Positions 28,437-39,268 of a stretch of DNA of 64,000 nucleotides are shown piece after piece (position 1 is the stretch's first letter; the number at the start of each line of letters is the position of its first letter). The stretch comes from Candidatus Bathyarchaeia archaeon (GTDB lineage Archaea > Thermoproteota > Bathyarchaeia > Bathyarchaeales > Bathycorpusculaceae): the NCBI GenBank assembly GCA_049969855.1, contig JBMFOB010000001.1:32001-96000 (forward strand). Direction: 5' to 3'. The position numbers were made by a program, and so were the translations under genes. The notes beneath the pieces are model-generated. The model saw only the letters and a program-made list of their open reading frames with translations, ran no database searches and was not told the origin of the DNA.

Positions 28437-29972
28437 ATGATGGAAAAAACGCCATCAAGCTATAAGAAACTAATGGAAAAAGTTAAGGATTTGTTAACTT
28501 TTCAATCAGCCACTGCCATCATCCACTGGGATATGGAGACAATGATGCCGCCGAAGGCTATTGGTCTACGAAGCCAACAATTAGCCCTCCTCAGCCGAAT
28601 TGAACACAGAATGAGCACAGACCCAGAAATAGGTAGATTATTGGAAGAAATCATGCGACCGTCAGAATATGAAAAACTTGACGCTGTCCAAAAGAGAAAT
28701 GTTTACTTGATAAAGAAACAATATGATGAACAGACAAAACTTCCAGAAGAACTTGTTGCAGAAATTGCAAAACAACAAGCCATAACCGTGGACGTATGGA
28801 AAAAAGCCAAAGCAGCAAAAAACTTCTCCATGTTCAAGCCTGAACTTGAAAAACTTGTCGAATTAGAGAAGAAAGCCGCAGAAATTCTGATGAAAGTGAA
28901 AGAAACAGCTACGCCATATGATGCATTAATAGACATTTTTGAACCAAAAATGACAGCCAAAACAATCACGAAAGTTTTCAACGAGCTAAGAGAAGGCTTA
29001 GTTTCATTACTGAAGAAATGTGAAACCGCTCCAAAACAGCCAGACGTAAGCATTCTCAAACGCAAAGTTCCAATAGATGTGCAAAGAAAAATCTCCAAAG
29101 CCCTCGCCGAAACTGTCGGTTACGATATAGAGTCAAGAGAGGCTGGAGGCAGAATAGACGAGACGGAACATCCCTTCACGACAGGTTATTATGACGACGT
29201 GCGAATTACAACACATTATTATGAAGATAACTTCACTTCTTCAATGTTTTCAGTATTACATGAAGCTGGACACGCCCTCTATGAACAAAACTTGAAAAAA
29301 GAATGGATGTTTCAACCTGTTGGAACAAGCTGCTCTTCTGGATTCCACGAATCCCAATCACGTTTTATAGAAAACATAATTGGACGGTCTCGTGAATTTT
29401 GGGTTTATTTCCTACCAAAATTAAAACAAATCACAGGCACCATCCTCTCTGATGTAGATTTAGACACTTTTGTCCACGCCGTCAACCAAGTTAAGCCTTC
29501 TAATATTCGCGTCGAAGCTGATGAGGTAACGTATGGACTCCACATTATCATAAGATTCGCCATGGAACGGGACCTTTTCGCTGATAAAACAATGGTGAAA
29601 GAGCTTCCAGAGATATGGAATCAAAGCTATGAGGAATATTTAGGAGTTAAAATTGAAAATGACTCGGAAGGCGTAATGCAAGACACCCATTGGGCAAGCG
29701 GCTTATACGGTTATTTCCCAAGCTACGCTTTAGGCAATATTTATAGTGGACAAATTCTCGCCGCCATGGAAAAAGACCTCAAAAACTGGAGAAAACAAAT
29801 TGCGAAAGGAAACTTGAAAGAAGTTAAGAGGTGGCTTGTAGAAAATGTTCACGCATATGGAAACCTCTATGACCCAGAAGACCTCATAAGAAAAATCACT
29901 GGAACAGAGCTTAACGTTAAACCATACCTAAACTATTTGAACGAAAAATATTCCAAACTCTACGGTTTTTAA
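28437..29972 (+). CDS. Carboxypeptidase M32 (Taq/Pfu type)
   Basis: HPF, DVRITT, HEAGHALYEQ, HESQS, IRVEADE, QDTHW, GYFPSY. Confidence 0.95.
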   Translation: MMEKTPSSYKKLMEKVKDLLTFQSATAIIHWDMETMMPPKAIGLRSQQLALLSRIEHRMSTDPEIGRLLEEIMRPSEYEKLDAVQKRNVYLIKKQYDEQTKLPEELVAEIAKQQAITVDVWKKAKAAKNFSMFKPELEKLVELEKKAAEILMKVKETATPYDALIDIFEPKMTAKTITKVFNELREGLVSLLKKCETAPKQPDVSILKRKVPIDVQRKISKALAETVGYDIESREAGGRIDETEHPFTTGYYDDVRITTHYYEDNFTSSMFSVLHEAGHALYEQNLKKEWMFQPVGTSCSSGFHESQSRFIENIIGRSREFWVYFLPKLKQITGTILSDVDLDTFVHAVNQVKPSNIRVEADEVTYGLHIIIRFAMERDLFADKTMVKELPEIWNQSYEEYLGVKIENDSEGVMQDTHWASGLYGYFPSYALGNIYSGQILAAMEKDLKNWRKQIAKGNLKEVKRWLVENVHAYGNLYDPEDLIRKITGTELNVKPYLNYLNEKYSKLYGF

Positions 29973-30152
29973 TCAATTCTTTCTTTTTATTATGCTTTCA
30001 TAAACTTTTAGGACTATCTCTGCAAGAATCCCGCCAAAAATAAAAAACACGCCAGTCCAACCAATCGTAGCATTATAATAATTGCTTCCATACAAAAACA
30101 AAATGATGCCCACTATAATTATGCATAGACATGCGAAATCTTCCCACGACAC
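29973..30152 (-). CDS. Small 2-TM membrane protein (59 aa, not in the ORF track)
   Basis: Manual translation MSWEDFACLCIIIVGIILFLYGSNYYNATIGWTGVFFIFGGILAEIVLKVYESIIKRKN; GTG start with GGAG upstream; abuts the M32 stop. Confidence 0.7.
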   Translation of the reverse strand: MSWEDFACLCIIIVGIILFLYGSNYYNATIGWTGVFFIFGGILAEIVLKVYESIIKRKN

Positions 30153-30432
30153 CTAAACAACTCCTAAGCTGATTTTAAGCCTTTTAAAACGTCAAAGTAT
30201 ATAGACTTACCGATAAAAAGAGGGAAAATTGGAAGTTCGTAAATTATTGAATGTCTAACTCAAAAGAACAAAAATATTACCAGCGCATTGATGGTGAAGA
30301 GGGGACGTGAAACTTCCGACAATATTCGACATCCAACATAAGCGTACAATCCGTTGAAGCGTGTTTACATGATTTATTACCGACAGTTTTATATACAACT
30401 TTCAAAAGATATGCCTGTACGGTGAATTTAAA

Positions 30433-31890
30433 GTGTCGGAATATAATTTCAAAAAGCCAGAAACAAGGGAAGAACTTATCAGAGTGTTGACGGATGCTGC
30501 GAGAAGAGAAGTAGAAGCGCGCATCCGCGTAAAGGGAAAACCGACAAAACCTACAGTTTCTGGGACGGCTAAAATTTTGAACATACACAGAGATACGCTT
30601 TACACGTGGCTTAAAGAGTTTAATGTCGATTTTGACGATGTTTGTAAACAACATTCTATGACAGCTCTGTCGGAGACCGCTGAAATGCCTGGAAAATACA
30701 CCTACTTAATTGGCGAAGCCCTTGTCGGAGAAGGCAACGAGGTAGCGCATATCGACCTTTTAATAGGAGATAAGGATGGGCCTGTCGGAGAGGCTTTTGC
30801 GTCAGGCTTGTCTAACCTTTCTGTGGGACATACGCCACTGTTGGCTGTTATAAGGCCGAATCTTCCGCCTAAACCTCACACCTTGCTTGTTCCAAAGGTT
30901 ACGGTTAAACATCTTGAGGATGCAAACAAGATTTTTGGACCCGCACAGGCTGCTGTTGCGAAGGCTGTTGCGGATGCTGTTGAGGAGGGAATAATCCCAA
31001 AAGAGAAGGTGGATGATTGGGTTATAGTTTGCAGTGTTTTTGTGCATCCACAAGCAAGTGATTACCGAAGAATATACCATTACAATTATGGGGCAACCAA
31101 ACTGGCTTTAAAGAGAGCGTTAGCAAAGTATCCGTCACTAGAGAAAGTTTTCTATGACAAAGACAGGGCGAAACATCCAATAATGGGTTTCAGAGTGCCG
31201 AGGCTTTGGAGACCACCATATTTGCAAATATCCTTGGATATACCTGATTTGGATAGAACCAAGAAGATTATAGCTCAAATTCCAAGAAGCGACAGAATAA
31301 TATTGGAGGCTGGAACGCCGCTTATTAAAAGGTATGGAACAAAAGTGATAAGCGACCTTCGAGAAATTGCTAAGGACACATTCGTAATTGCAGACTTGAA
31401 AACCTTAGATGTTGGAAAAGTTGAAGTCGACTTGGCTTATGACGAAACCGCAGACGCAGTGATAGCTGCCGGATTGGCACCCGAAGAGACACTTGACTCT
31501 TTCATCCACGAAGCAAAAAGATTCGGAATATACGCTGCGGTTGACATGTTAAACGTGGAAGACCCCATCAAAAAACTCAAGGCGCTTAAAGAATTTCCCG
31601 ACATAGTCATCATACATAGGGGAATAGACCAAGAAACCGGAATGACCGTCGGATTGAACCGTATAGAAGAACTACGGAAAACATTTAGTGATAAACGATT
31701 CTTAATTGCTGTGGCTGGAGGAATAGTGCCGGAAACCGCAAAGGAAGCCTTGGAAAAGGGCGCAGACATAATAGTTGTCGGAAGATACGTAACCCAATCA
31801 AAGGATATTGAAAGGGCTGTTAGAGACTTTCTTGAGTTAACACCTTCCATGCGGGAAGATGTAGACTTGTTCAGAGTTCATGTAGAGTAG
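30433..31890 (+). CDS. fae-hps: HTH-fused bifunctional formaldehyde-activating enzyme / 3-hexulose-6-phosphate synthase
   Basis: [37 protein letters not shown] (Fae); [29 protein letters not shown] (Hps); extra N-terminal [17 protein letters not shown]. Confidence 0.92.
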   Translation: MSEYNFKKPETREELIRVLTDAARREVEARIRVKGKPTKPTVSGTAKILNIHRDTLYTWLKEFNVDFDDVCKQHSMTALSETAEMPGKYTYLIGEALVGEGNEVAHIDLLIGDKDGPVGEAFASGLSNLSVGHTPLLAVIRPNLPPKPHTLLVPKVTVKHLEDANKIFGPAQAAVAKAVADAVEEGIIPKEKVDDWVIVCSVFVHPQASDYRRIYHYNYGATKLALKRALAKYPSLEKVFYDKDRAKHPIMGFRVPRLWRPPYLQISLDIPDLDRTKKIIAQIPRSDRIILEAGTPLIKRYGTKVISDLREIAKDTFVIADLKTLDVGKVEVDLAYDETADAVIAAGLAPEETLDSFIHEAKRFGIYAAVDMLNVEDPIKKLKALKEFPDIVIIHRGIDQETGMTVGLNRIEELRKTFSDKRFLIAVAGGIVPETAKEALEKGADIIVVGRYVTQSKDIERAVRDFLELTPSMREDVDLFRVHVE

Positions 31891-31906
31891 CCTTTTCTTT
31901 CCCTTT

Positions 31907-33109
31907 TTACGCGAACACTTTGAAAGCTATATATGAGAGAAGAAAAAGTATACCGGAAATCAAAAATACGAATCCGAAATTGTAAGTCTGGGCAAGAAAA
32001 GGTCCTATGAAGGAACCGCTTGCGCCGCCGATCCCGACAAGCACATCGAAAAGTCCAGCTCTACCTTTTGGTATAAGTTCCATAGAAAGAGATAGAACAT
32101 TAACCAAATAAAAGGCGTAGGTGAATCCGGATAGAATCAAAATTACGGTTGCAATCATAATGCTATACGTGGACAGTTGTGTAGTCGTTATTAAAAGGAA
32201 TGCGAGAAAACTTCGATATAACACAACCCTTCCAACATTGACGTTTTCAGTTTCACGTTCAAGCCGTCTTCCAGCAAGAAAATAGCCTAAAACACCACTA
32301 CCAGAGTTCAGAACAAATACCGCAAAAACAAAGCTTGAAGGTAAAGCTGCAGCATTGACGATGTTGCTGATGAAAATTGGCATGGGCGTGAACAATATGC
32401 TGGTAGCGAGAGAAAAGAGAACGAGACCACAACAGAAGATGCCCAAGTTTTCCTTTTTCAACCTTTCATCAACAGCGACGCCTTCGACGATTCTAGAAAA
32501 TATGGAAATTCCTCTATATGCGAAGCCTATTGACTTCTCTATTGTCACCAAGCTTCTTTCAAAGATTAGAGTTGGATCCTCAACCAGAAGAAGCGCGGCG
32601 AAGAATGCTGCAAGGTTTAAGCCGCTGCACAATAATAGGGTGGATTTCGCATCGAAGCTGAACATTGAGGTTACAGTTCCCAAAATTAAGCCAATTAACC
32701 ATCCAAACTCCGTAAGCCCCTCGTAAAATGCAAAGGCTTTTTTCCATTCTTCACGAGGGTAAAGCTCGGCGATAAGCACGTTTTTTGGTGGTTCATGAGC
32801 TACATGAAATAACGCCATGACTATGTAAAGGGTTACCAGCAGAATAATTTGGTTTGTGAGGGTGAATAGATAGAGAATAAAGGCTAGGGTTAAGAATGAG
32901 ATTAGTATGTAGATTTTGTAGCGTCTTGTCCTATCACATATGTATCCCCAGAAGAAGGAAGCAGGTATTGACATGAACATAGCAGCCGCATACATGGCTC
33001 CAATCCAAATCAGCGAACCAGAGAGAGAAAAAATGTATAGGGGTAGAAAAACCGAAAGTAATCCGAATGCCATCTCGTGGAAGAAGAATCCAAGCTGCCA
33101 CATAGCCAA
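31907..33109 (-). CDS. MFS transporter
   Basis: About 12 hydrophobic segments; WGYICDRTRRYK motif A. Confidence 0.88.
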   Translation of the reverse strand: MAMWQLGFFFHEMAFGLLSVFLPLYIFSLSGSLIWIGAMYAAAMFMSIPASFFWGYICDRTRRYKIYILISFLTLAFILYLFTLTNQIILLVTLYIVMALFHVAHEPPKNVLIAELYPREEWKKAFAFYEGLTEFGWLIGLILGTVTSMFSFDAKSTLLLCSGLNLAAFFAALLLVEDPTLIFERSLVTIEKSIGFAYRGISIFSRIVEGVAVDERLKKENLGIFCCGLVLFSLATSILFTPMPIFISNIVNAAALPSSFVFAVFVLNSGSGVLGYFLAGRRLERETENVNVGRVVLYRSFLAFLLITTTQLSTYSIMIATVILILSGFTYAFYLVNVLSLSMELIPKGRAGLFDVLVGIGGASGSFIGPFLAQTYNFGFVFLISGILFLLSYIAFKVFA

Positions 33110-33222
33110 TAAAGGAAAATAAAAGGCAAGATAAACTTTTACTGTGAGAAAGCACTGGTTTTAATAAATCCTTAATAGAGAGATTTTTAACACTCATAAC
33201 ACTAACTGGAGTTTGGTCGTTA

Positions 33223-33660
33223 ATGGCTAAGTTTAAGGTAATCGTTTCAGATCCAGAAACGGGAACATCAAAGGCAGTGGAGCTTGAAGAAGCCCGAGCA
33301 CTTCCGCTAATTGGGAAGAAAATAGGCGAAGTGGTTGACGGGTCAATAGTGGATTTGCCCGGCCACAAAATGCAAATAATGGGTGGTTCCGACAAGGATG
33401 GTTTTCCGATGAGACCAAATGTTCATGGTGGAGTTCGTAGAAAAGTGATACTGAGTGGAGGAGTAGGGTTTAACCCAGAGAGTGAAGGGGCTAGGAGGCG
33501 TAAAACAATTCGTGGAAACGTGATAACAGATGAAATTGTTCAAATAAACATGAAGATTATAGAGAAACCCAAAAAGCCTAAAGAGAAAAAGAAGGCGAAG
33601 GAAGAGAAGGAAAAAGAAACCACGGATGTGCCAGAAACTCCGACAACAAGTGACAATTAA
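33223..33660 (+). CDS. rps6e: 30S ribosomal protein S6e
   Basis: GGSDKDGFPM, G.RRRKTIRGN. Confidence 0.96.
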   Translation: MAKFKVIVSDPETGTSKAVELEEARALPLIGKKIGEVVDGSIVDLPGHKMQIMGGSDKDGFPMRPNVHGGVRRKVILSGGVGFNPESEGARRRKTIRGNVITDEIVQINMKIIEKPKKPKEKKKAKEEKEKETTDVPETPTTSDN

Positions 33661-33718
33661 ACATAAGTCAACATTTATTAGCTTGCATAGTCTAACCATC
33701 TAATAATTTGTAAAGTTC

Positions 33719-34984
33719 ATGGGAAATGGAGAAATGAGCAGCGAAAAGCACGTAAGCATACCAAAACAACCCGAGGTTAACATAGGCACCATAGGCCACG
33801 TTGACCATGGCAAAACAACATTAGTGCAAGCGTTAACTGGCATTTGGGCATCAAGACACAGTGAAGAATTGAAGAGGGGTATAACAATAAAGTTAGGCTA
33901 CGCAGACATGCCAATCTATAAGTGTCCTAAATGCGAACCACCAAAAAATTATTCCACAAAACCAGTTTGTCCCTATTGCAACTCAAAAACAACCTTTTTA
34001 AGAGCCATAAGTTTCGTTGACGCCCCAGGTCATGAAGCGCTGATGGCAACTATGCTCTCAGGAGCAGCGATAATGGATGGAGCTATACTTGTTATAGCAG
34101 CCGATGAACCATGTCCTCAGCCGCAAACAAGGGAACATCTTGCCGCTGCAGAGATTATAGGCATAAAGAACATAATTATTGTTCAGAATAAAATTGACAT
34201 AGTTGATGAAAAAAGAGCACGCGAAAGCTACAATGAAATTAAAAATTTTGTGAAGGGAACTGTTGCTGGAAACGCTCCAATAGTTCCCGTTTCAGCACAG
34301 CGTGGAGTCAACATAGATGTTCTCATACAAGCAATCGAAGAATTTATACCAACACCAAAGAGGGATGAAACAAAACCGCCACTCATGTATGTCGTCCGCT
34401 CCTTCGACATTAACAAGCCTGGCACTCCCATTGAGAAGTTGGAAGGAGGCGTGATTGGAGGAACAATACTTCAAGGCAAATTTGTTGTGGGAGACGAAAT
34501 TGAAATTCGCCCGGGAGTAATTCTGGAAAAAGAGGGAAGAAGCACCTATAATCCACTCTTCAGCCAGATTGTCAGTTTACATGCTGGCGGAAGAAGCGTA
34601 AATGATGCTCATTGTGGAGGATTAGTCGGCATCGGAACCCTGTTAGACCCATCATTTTCAAAGGCAGACGGCTTAACTGGAAACATTGCTGGAAAAGTGG
34701 ATATGCTGCCACCAACATTATCGGAGTTAACGTTAGAAACAAACATTCTTGAACGTGTTGTCGGAACAAAAGAACTCTTGAAAGTTGAAGAAATAAGCAT
34801 CAACGAAACACTTCTCCTCCACGTTGGAGCCGCCATAACCACTGGAAAAATCGCCTCTACAAAAAAGAACATGATCACAGTCAAGCTTACTAGACCAGTG
34901 TGCGCACAAAAAGGTTCCAGAGTTGCCCTAAGCAGAAAAATAGCAGGCAGATGGAGACTCATCGGATACGGAATGATAACCTAA
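33719..34984 (+). CDS. eif2g: Translation initiation factor aIF2 gamma
   Basis: QPEVNIGTIGHVDHGKTT, RGITIKLGYA, DAPGHE, QNKID, RWRLIGYG. Confidence 0.97.
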   Translation: MGNGEMSSEKHVSIPKQPEVNIGTIGHVDHGKTTLVQALTGIWASRHSEELKRGITIKLGYADMPIYKCPKCEPPKNYSTKPVCPYCNSKTTFLRAISFVDAPGHEALMATMLSGAAIMDGAILVIAADEPCPQPQTREHLAAAEIIGIKNIIIVQNKIDIVDEKRARESYNEIKNFVKGTVAGNAPIVPVSAQRGVNIDVLIQAIEEFIPTPKRDETKPPLMYVVRSFDINKPGTPIEKLEGGVIGGTILQGKFVVGDEIEIRPGVILEKEGRSTYNPLFSQIVSLHAGGRSVNDAHCGGLVGIGTLLDPSFSKADGLTGNIAGKVDMLPPTLSELTLETNILERVVGTKELLKVEEISINETLLLHVGAAITTGKIASTKKNMITVKLTRPVCAQKGSRVALSRKIAGRWRLIGYGMIT

Positions 34985-35404
34985 ATGACACCACCAGACA
35001 AAAAAATGTTAAAAGTAATTTTGGATTCAAATGCATTATTTGTTCCGCTTCAATTCAAAATCGACATCTTTGAAGAATTACGAACCCTTTTAAATGGAAA
35101 TTTTGAGCCCATCTTGCTTTTGCCCGTTAAGCATGAACTCGAAAGACTGGCGGATAAGGGTTCACCGAAAATGCGGAAAAATGCTTCTTTTGCTTTGAAA
35201 CTTGCCGAAAAATGTAAACTTGTCAACATTAACGAAGAAGAAAATATGGCTTCGCCGGACGACGTCATTATCAAAGCGGCTAAAAATTGGAAATACCCCG
35301 TGTTCACGAATGATAGATTGTTGCGAAAGAGGCTAAGAGATATAAATGTGCCAGTTATTTATGTGAGGCAAAAGTCACGCTTAGAAATTGACGGGAGGAT
35401 ATAA
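34985..35404 (+). CDS. PIN-domain protein (Fcf1/Utp24-like)
   Basis: VILDSNAL, DD.II, TND..LRKRL; conserved operon position. Confidence 0.88.
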   Translation: MTPPDKKMLKVILDSNALFVPLQFKIDIFEELRTLLNGNFEPILLLPVKHELERLADKGSPKMRKNASFALKLAEKCKLVNINEEENMASPDDVIIKAAKNWKYPVFTNDRLLRKRLRDINVPVIYVRQKSRLEIDGRI

Positions 35405-35408
35405 CCCC

Positions 35409-36002
35409 TTGTTTAAACTTATAACATTAGAAGATACAATTCGCATCCCACCCGAAACCTTCGGCAACCCCCTAGAAGCCGTGGGCCACCAACAGGTTAA
35501 GGCAAAATACGAAGGAGTCGTTGACGAAGAATTAGGATACGTAATAGCCGTTACTAACGTGAAAGTTAGTCCTATTGGAAAAATAATTCCAGGAGACGGA
35601 GCCGCCTACCACAAAGTTACCTTTTCCTTGCTGACATTCTATCCTAAAATTCAGGAAGTTGTGGAAGGGGAAGTTGTGGAAGTTGCTGATTTCGGCGCCT
35701 TCGTGCGCATAGGTCCCATTGACGCTTTGCTGCATGTCTCACAACTTATGGATGACTTCATTTCATACGACGAGAAACAAGGAGTCTTATTTGGAAAGGA
35801 AACAAAAAGGAAGCTGACAAGCGGCGACCAAGTTCGGGTTCGAATAACGGCGGTTTCGCTAACGAGGGCGGGAAGTTCAGGCAAAATAGGCGTAACAACA
35901 AGACAACCATTTCTCGGCAAACTGGAGTGGATTGAGGAGGATGTACAGAAAATAAAGAAGAAAACGGAGAAGCCCCAAGAGAAGGAAGAAAAAGGTGATT
36001 AA
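35409..36002 (+). CDS. rpoE1: RNA polymerase subunit Rpo7 (E')
   Basis: GKIIPGDGA, FGAFVRIGPIDALLHVSQ, RQPFLGKLEW; TTG start 35409. Confidence 0.95.
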   Translation: MFKLITLEDTIRIPPETFGNPLEAVGHQQVKAKYEGVVDEELGYVIAVTNVKVSPIGKIIPGDGAAYHKVTFSLLTFYPKIQEVVEGEVVEVADFGAFVRIGPIDALLHVSQLMDDFISYDEKQGVLFGKETKRKLTSGDQVRVRITAVSLTRAGSSGKIGVTTRQPFLGKLEWIEEDVQKIKKKTEKPQEKEEKGD

Positions 36003-36188
36003 ATGAGCGAAAAAGCCTGTTCAACATGCCACTTCATAACAAAAGAAAACGTCTGCCCAAAATGCAAAAGCTCATCCCTAAGCGACGACTTCAGCGGCAT
36101 AGTAATAGTGTTTGACCCAGAAAACTCAGCCATCGCAAAAGCCATGAACATTAAAGAAAAAGGACGCTACGCATTAAAGGTTAGATAA
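36003..36188 (+). CDS. spt4: Transcription elongation factor Spt4 (RpoE'')
   Basis: AC..C...CP.C....S.D.SG, G.YALKVR. Confidence 0.95.
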   Translation: MSEKACSTCHFITKENVCPKCKSSSLSDDFSGIVIVFDPENSAIAKAMNIKEKGRYALKVR

Positions 36189-36722
36189 ATGAGCGTTTTA
36201 TACACTTTAACACCAGAATTGCGCATAAAACTTAAGAAACCATTAGGTGCATTAATTCGAGGCTCATATGCTGAAACGATGAAGAAGCTTTTGGACATGA
36301 TAAAGGAAGAAAAGCCGTCAGCCATAATTTCTGTTGGAGACACCGTTTCAAAAAACATTACGGAAAACCATGTGCTTCCGCAATTGGCAATAGTGGATAA
36401 TAAAGTAATGAGAAGAAACATTCAACCAATCCCAACAACGACAGAGAAAACCATCCACATCAAAAACCCGCCGGGAACAATAACTGAAGAGGCAGTAACA
36501 GCAATTCAAGACGCATTAAAAAGCAGTTGCCATGCCAAAATAATTATAGACGGAGAAGAAGACCTACTAGCACTTATCGCCGTTTTGTATGCGCCTCCAA
36601 ACTCTTTCGTTATATACGGTCAACCCTACGAAGGCATAGTAATAGTTAAGGTTACACCAGAGAAAAAATCAGAGGTTTCTGAAATTTTGAAAGCAATGGA
36701 AACCGTTCGAAAAACTAAATAA
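36189..36722 (+). CDS. GTP-dependent dephospho-CoA kinase (DUF359)
   Basis: LKKPLG, VGD, NPPGTI, DGEEDL, YGQP.EG. Confidence 0.9.
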   Translation: MSVLYTLTPELRIKLKKPLGALIRGSYAETMKKLLDMIKEEKPSAIISVGDTVSKNITENHVLPQLAIVDNKVMRRNIQPIPTTTEKTIHIKNPPGTITEEAVTAIQDALKSSCHAKIIIDGEEDLLALIAVLYAPPNSFVIYGQPYEGIVIVKVTPEKKSEVSEILKAMETVRKTK

Positions 36723-36763
36723 GAAGCGACGATATCAGTCAACTCCACAATTGGGGAAAACTT

Positions 36764-37075
36764 ATGGACATTAAAATAATCTCCGACAAAAAGAACCCGT
36801 TACTAAAAAGAAGAGAAGTATATTTCCAAGTAGAACACACCCAAACAGGCAGTACCCCGCCAAGACTTGAGGTTAGAAAAGCTGTGGCTAACGCATTAAA
36901 AACGAGTATAGAGTTAGTTACCATTAAAAAATTTGAAACCAAAACGGGAACGCATACCGCCAATGGAATAGCAAACGTTTACGATTCCATTGAACAAGCA
37001 AGACTTATTGAACCAGAATATATTATAAAGAGGAATGTTCCATCCGAAAAACCAAAGGAAGAGGAAAAGGAATAA
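36764..37075 (+). CDS. rps24e: 30S ribosomal protein S24e
   Basis: NPLLKRREV, TPPR, EPEYI.KRN. Confidence 0.95.
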   Translation: MDIKIISDKKNPLLKRREVYFQVEHTQTGSTPPRLEVRKAVANALKTSIELVTIKKFETKTGTHTANGIANVYDSIEQARLIEPEYIIKRNVPSEKPKEEEKE

Positions 37076-37078
37076 AAT

Positions 37079-37321
37079 ATGACTGAAAAAACAGAAGAAA
37101 AAACAGAAGAGAAAAAGGAAACAGAGAAAATAGCCAAGGCTGAAAAGAGAAAGAAAAGGAAGAAGGGCGTTTTCTCATTATATAAAATTGAAGAAGACAA
37201 GATTGTAAGGTTACGCCCAACATGCGAACGCTGCGGACCAGGATATTTTATGGCTGACCACGGTGACAGATACACTTGTGGACATTGCGGCTTTACACGA
37301 TACAAACCTGCTGAGAAGTAA
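37079..37321 (+). CDS. rps27ae: 30S ribosomal protein S27ae
   Basis: CERCGPGYFMADHGDRYTCGHCG. Confidence 0.95.
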   Translation: MTEKTEEKTEEKKETEKIAKAEKRKKRKKGVFSLYKIEEDKIVRLRPTCERCGPGYFMADHGDRYTCGHCGFTRYKPAEK

Positions 37322-37367
37322 ACAACTTTAAATCATACGAAACATTGATAATTTCAGATGACCCTAA

Positions 37368-37790
37368 ATGATTAGAGTGAATGTATCTATAACCAACGTG
37401 TCTGCCGAACGCTTTTGGGATATTAGAAAACCCATTCCACCCATCCAAATAAACACAAACCTGAATCTATTAGGGATGGAAAAGAAACCAGACGCCTTAG
37501 AAGTTCCCTTCGTCTTAACAATCAGCTTCAACCCTTCCATAGCACAGATAAGCCTAAAAGGTAAAGCCTATGTCGCTGGAGACGCAAACGAGGTTGAAAG
37601 GGTCTATAAAGATTATGAAGAGAAAAAACCGCCGCCACCCGTTATAGTGCAGTCAATTTCAAACGTTGTCTTCATAGAATCCGTAATAATATCTAGGACA
37701 TTAAATATTCCACCACCAATTCCGTTACCGCAAATACCAGAAGCTAAGCAGCCAAGCAAAAAGCCTACAGAAAGGGACTACAGCGCTTAA
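37368..37790 (+). CDS. Conserved archaeal hypothetical protein (possible SecB-like fold)
   Basis: Four predicted beta strands, then a helix and a LNIPPPIP tail. Confidence 0.65.
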   Translation: MIRVNVSITNVSAERFWDIRKPIPPIQINTNLNLLGMEKKPDALEVPFVLTISFNPSIAQISLKGKAYVAGDANEVERVYKDYEEKKPPPPVIVQSISNVVFIESVIISRTLNIPPPIPLPQIPEAKQPSKKPTERDYSA

Positions 37791-37803
37791 AATATTGAAA
37801 TAG

Positions 37804-38208
37804 CTACTTTAATGGAACATACATTGAAGAGCGGGAAGCACCTATACCTGGAGTCCCATGTTTTACTGGTTTATTTGTAATTGCAAACTCGCCTAAATAA
37901 TGTCCAATCATTTCTGGTTTTATTTCCACAGCAACAAATTCTTTGCCATTGTGAACAAATATTGTGACGCCAACCATTTCAGGCAAAATAATCATGTCCC
38001 GCACATGAGTCTTAACTTTTACACTGCTCCCTTTCCTAAGGGCTTCTTTTGCTTCTCTTATTTTTTCAAGCAGTATCCTCTGCTCCTGTGTTAAGCCACG
38101 TTGGAAACTTCTTCTTTGTCTTGAAGGAAGCAGATTAATGAATTCGTCCATGGACAGATTTTGCAGTTGGTTAAGGGTGTATCCGCGATAGGTAAATTCT
38201 TTAGGCAT
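37804..38208 (-). CDS. rps19p: 30S ribosomal protein S19
   Basis: [24 protein letters not shown]. Confidence 0.97.
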   Translation of the reverse strand: MPKEFTYRGYTLNQLQNLSMDEFINLLPSRQRRSFQRGLTQEQRILLEKIREAKEALRKGSSVKVKTHVRDMIILPEMVGVTIFVHNGKEFVAVEIKPEMIGHYLGEFAITNKPVKHGTPGIGASRSSMYVPLK

Positions 38209-38235
38209 TCTTCAACCCATCACATTGCAGTTACA

Positions 38236-38985
38236 TTAAACGCTATAAACCTTCCTTTTCTTCTTTTGCCCAGCACCTCTGGCTGCAATCAACCCAACCT
38301 TTTGCCCAGGTGGAGCACCATGGGAGGTTGTGGTTCCTTTTCTAGCACTTCTTTTGCTGCTACCATAAGGATGCACAGCAGCAACCATCGCCCTACCACG
38401 AGTTCTCGGATACTTACGCCCCCTAGCCCTCATTAAATGAAATTTCATGCCAGCCTTCAAGAAAGGTTTCTCTGTCCTGCCAGCCCCCGAAACAACACCA
38501 ACAGTTGCCCTACAACGGTCATCTATATACCGCGTCTTTCCAGATGGAAGCTTGATTATGGTTCCCTGAGCCGTATGCGTCACAACCATCGCATAGGCTC
38601 CAGAGGATTTTGCAATTTTGCCACCGTCACCTGGACGAAGCTCTATGTTGCACACCATTGTGCCTTCCGGAATCCTTCCTATGGGAAGAATGTTGCCCAC
38701 ATCAACAGCGGCTTTTCCTCCCATTTGGATTTGCTGTCCTATAGAAAGTCCTTCTGGAATTACAGTGTAACATGTTTCGCCATTTTCGAATCTTATTAAG
38801 GCTAAGGGTGTCCCGCGTCCTGGGTCGTGGACAAATTCTTCAATAACTCCTTTTATTGCCTTTTCAAAGTATTCTTCTGCAGTCACGGTTGTGGGATACT
38901 GTGATGGAGCCACTCTTTTGTGGGTTGCCGCTTTAAATGTGGGAGCACCACGTCCACGCCTTTGAACCCGAATTCTCTTTCCCAT
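38236..38985 (-). CDS. rpl2: 50S ribosomal protein L2
   Basis: MGKRIRVQRRG, HDPGRG, GDGGK, KLPSG, PGQKVGLIAAR. Confidence 0.97.
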   Translation of the reverse strand: MGKRIRVQRRGRGAPTFKAATHKRVAPSQYPTTVTAEEYFEKAIKGVIEEFVHDPGRGTPLALIRFENGETCYTVIPEGLSIGQQIQMGGKAAVDVGNILPIGRIPEGTMVCNIELRPGDGGKIAKSSGAYAMVVTHTAQGTIIKLPSGKTRYIDDRCRATVGVVSGAGRTEKPFLKAGMKFHLMRARGRKYPRTRGRAMVAAVHPYGSSKRSARKGTTTSHGAPPGQKVGLIAARGAGQKKKRKVYSV

Positions 38986-39007
38986 AACTTATTCCTTCCA
39001 AATGTGT

Positions 39008-39268
39008 TTATAATATTCCAAGTTTGATTGCGACATCCGTCGCCTTATAGTCTGGATGAAGCTTAACAAAGGCTTTCTTCTCCCCTTGCGGTGTAATTTG
39101 AAGATTCACTTTCTCAACTTCAACTTCATAAAGCTCCTCAACAGCCCTCTTCACGTCAGTTTTTGTTGCCTTAAGATCAACTATGAAGACAAGCTTGTTT
39201 TCTTTTTCAACCATTAAACTTGCAGCTTCAGTCATTAAAGGATAAAGTATAACCTCATTAGGGTCCAT
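39008..39268 (-). CDS. rpl23: 50S ribosomal protein L23
   Basis: P..TE, NKLVFIV, KKAFVKL. Confidence 0.96.
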   Translation of the reverse strand: MDPNEVILYPLMTEAASLMVEKENKLVFIVDLKATKTDVKRAVEELYEVEVEKVNLQITPQGEKKAFVKLHPDYKATDVAIKLGIL

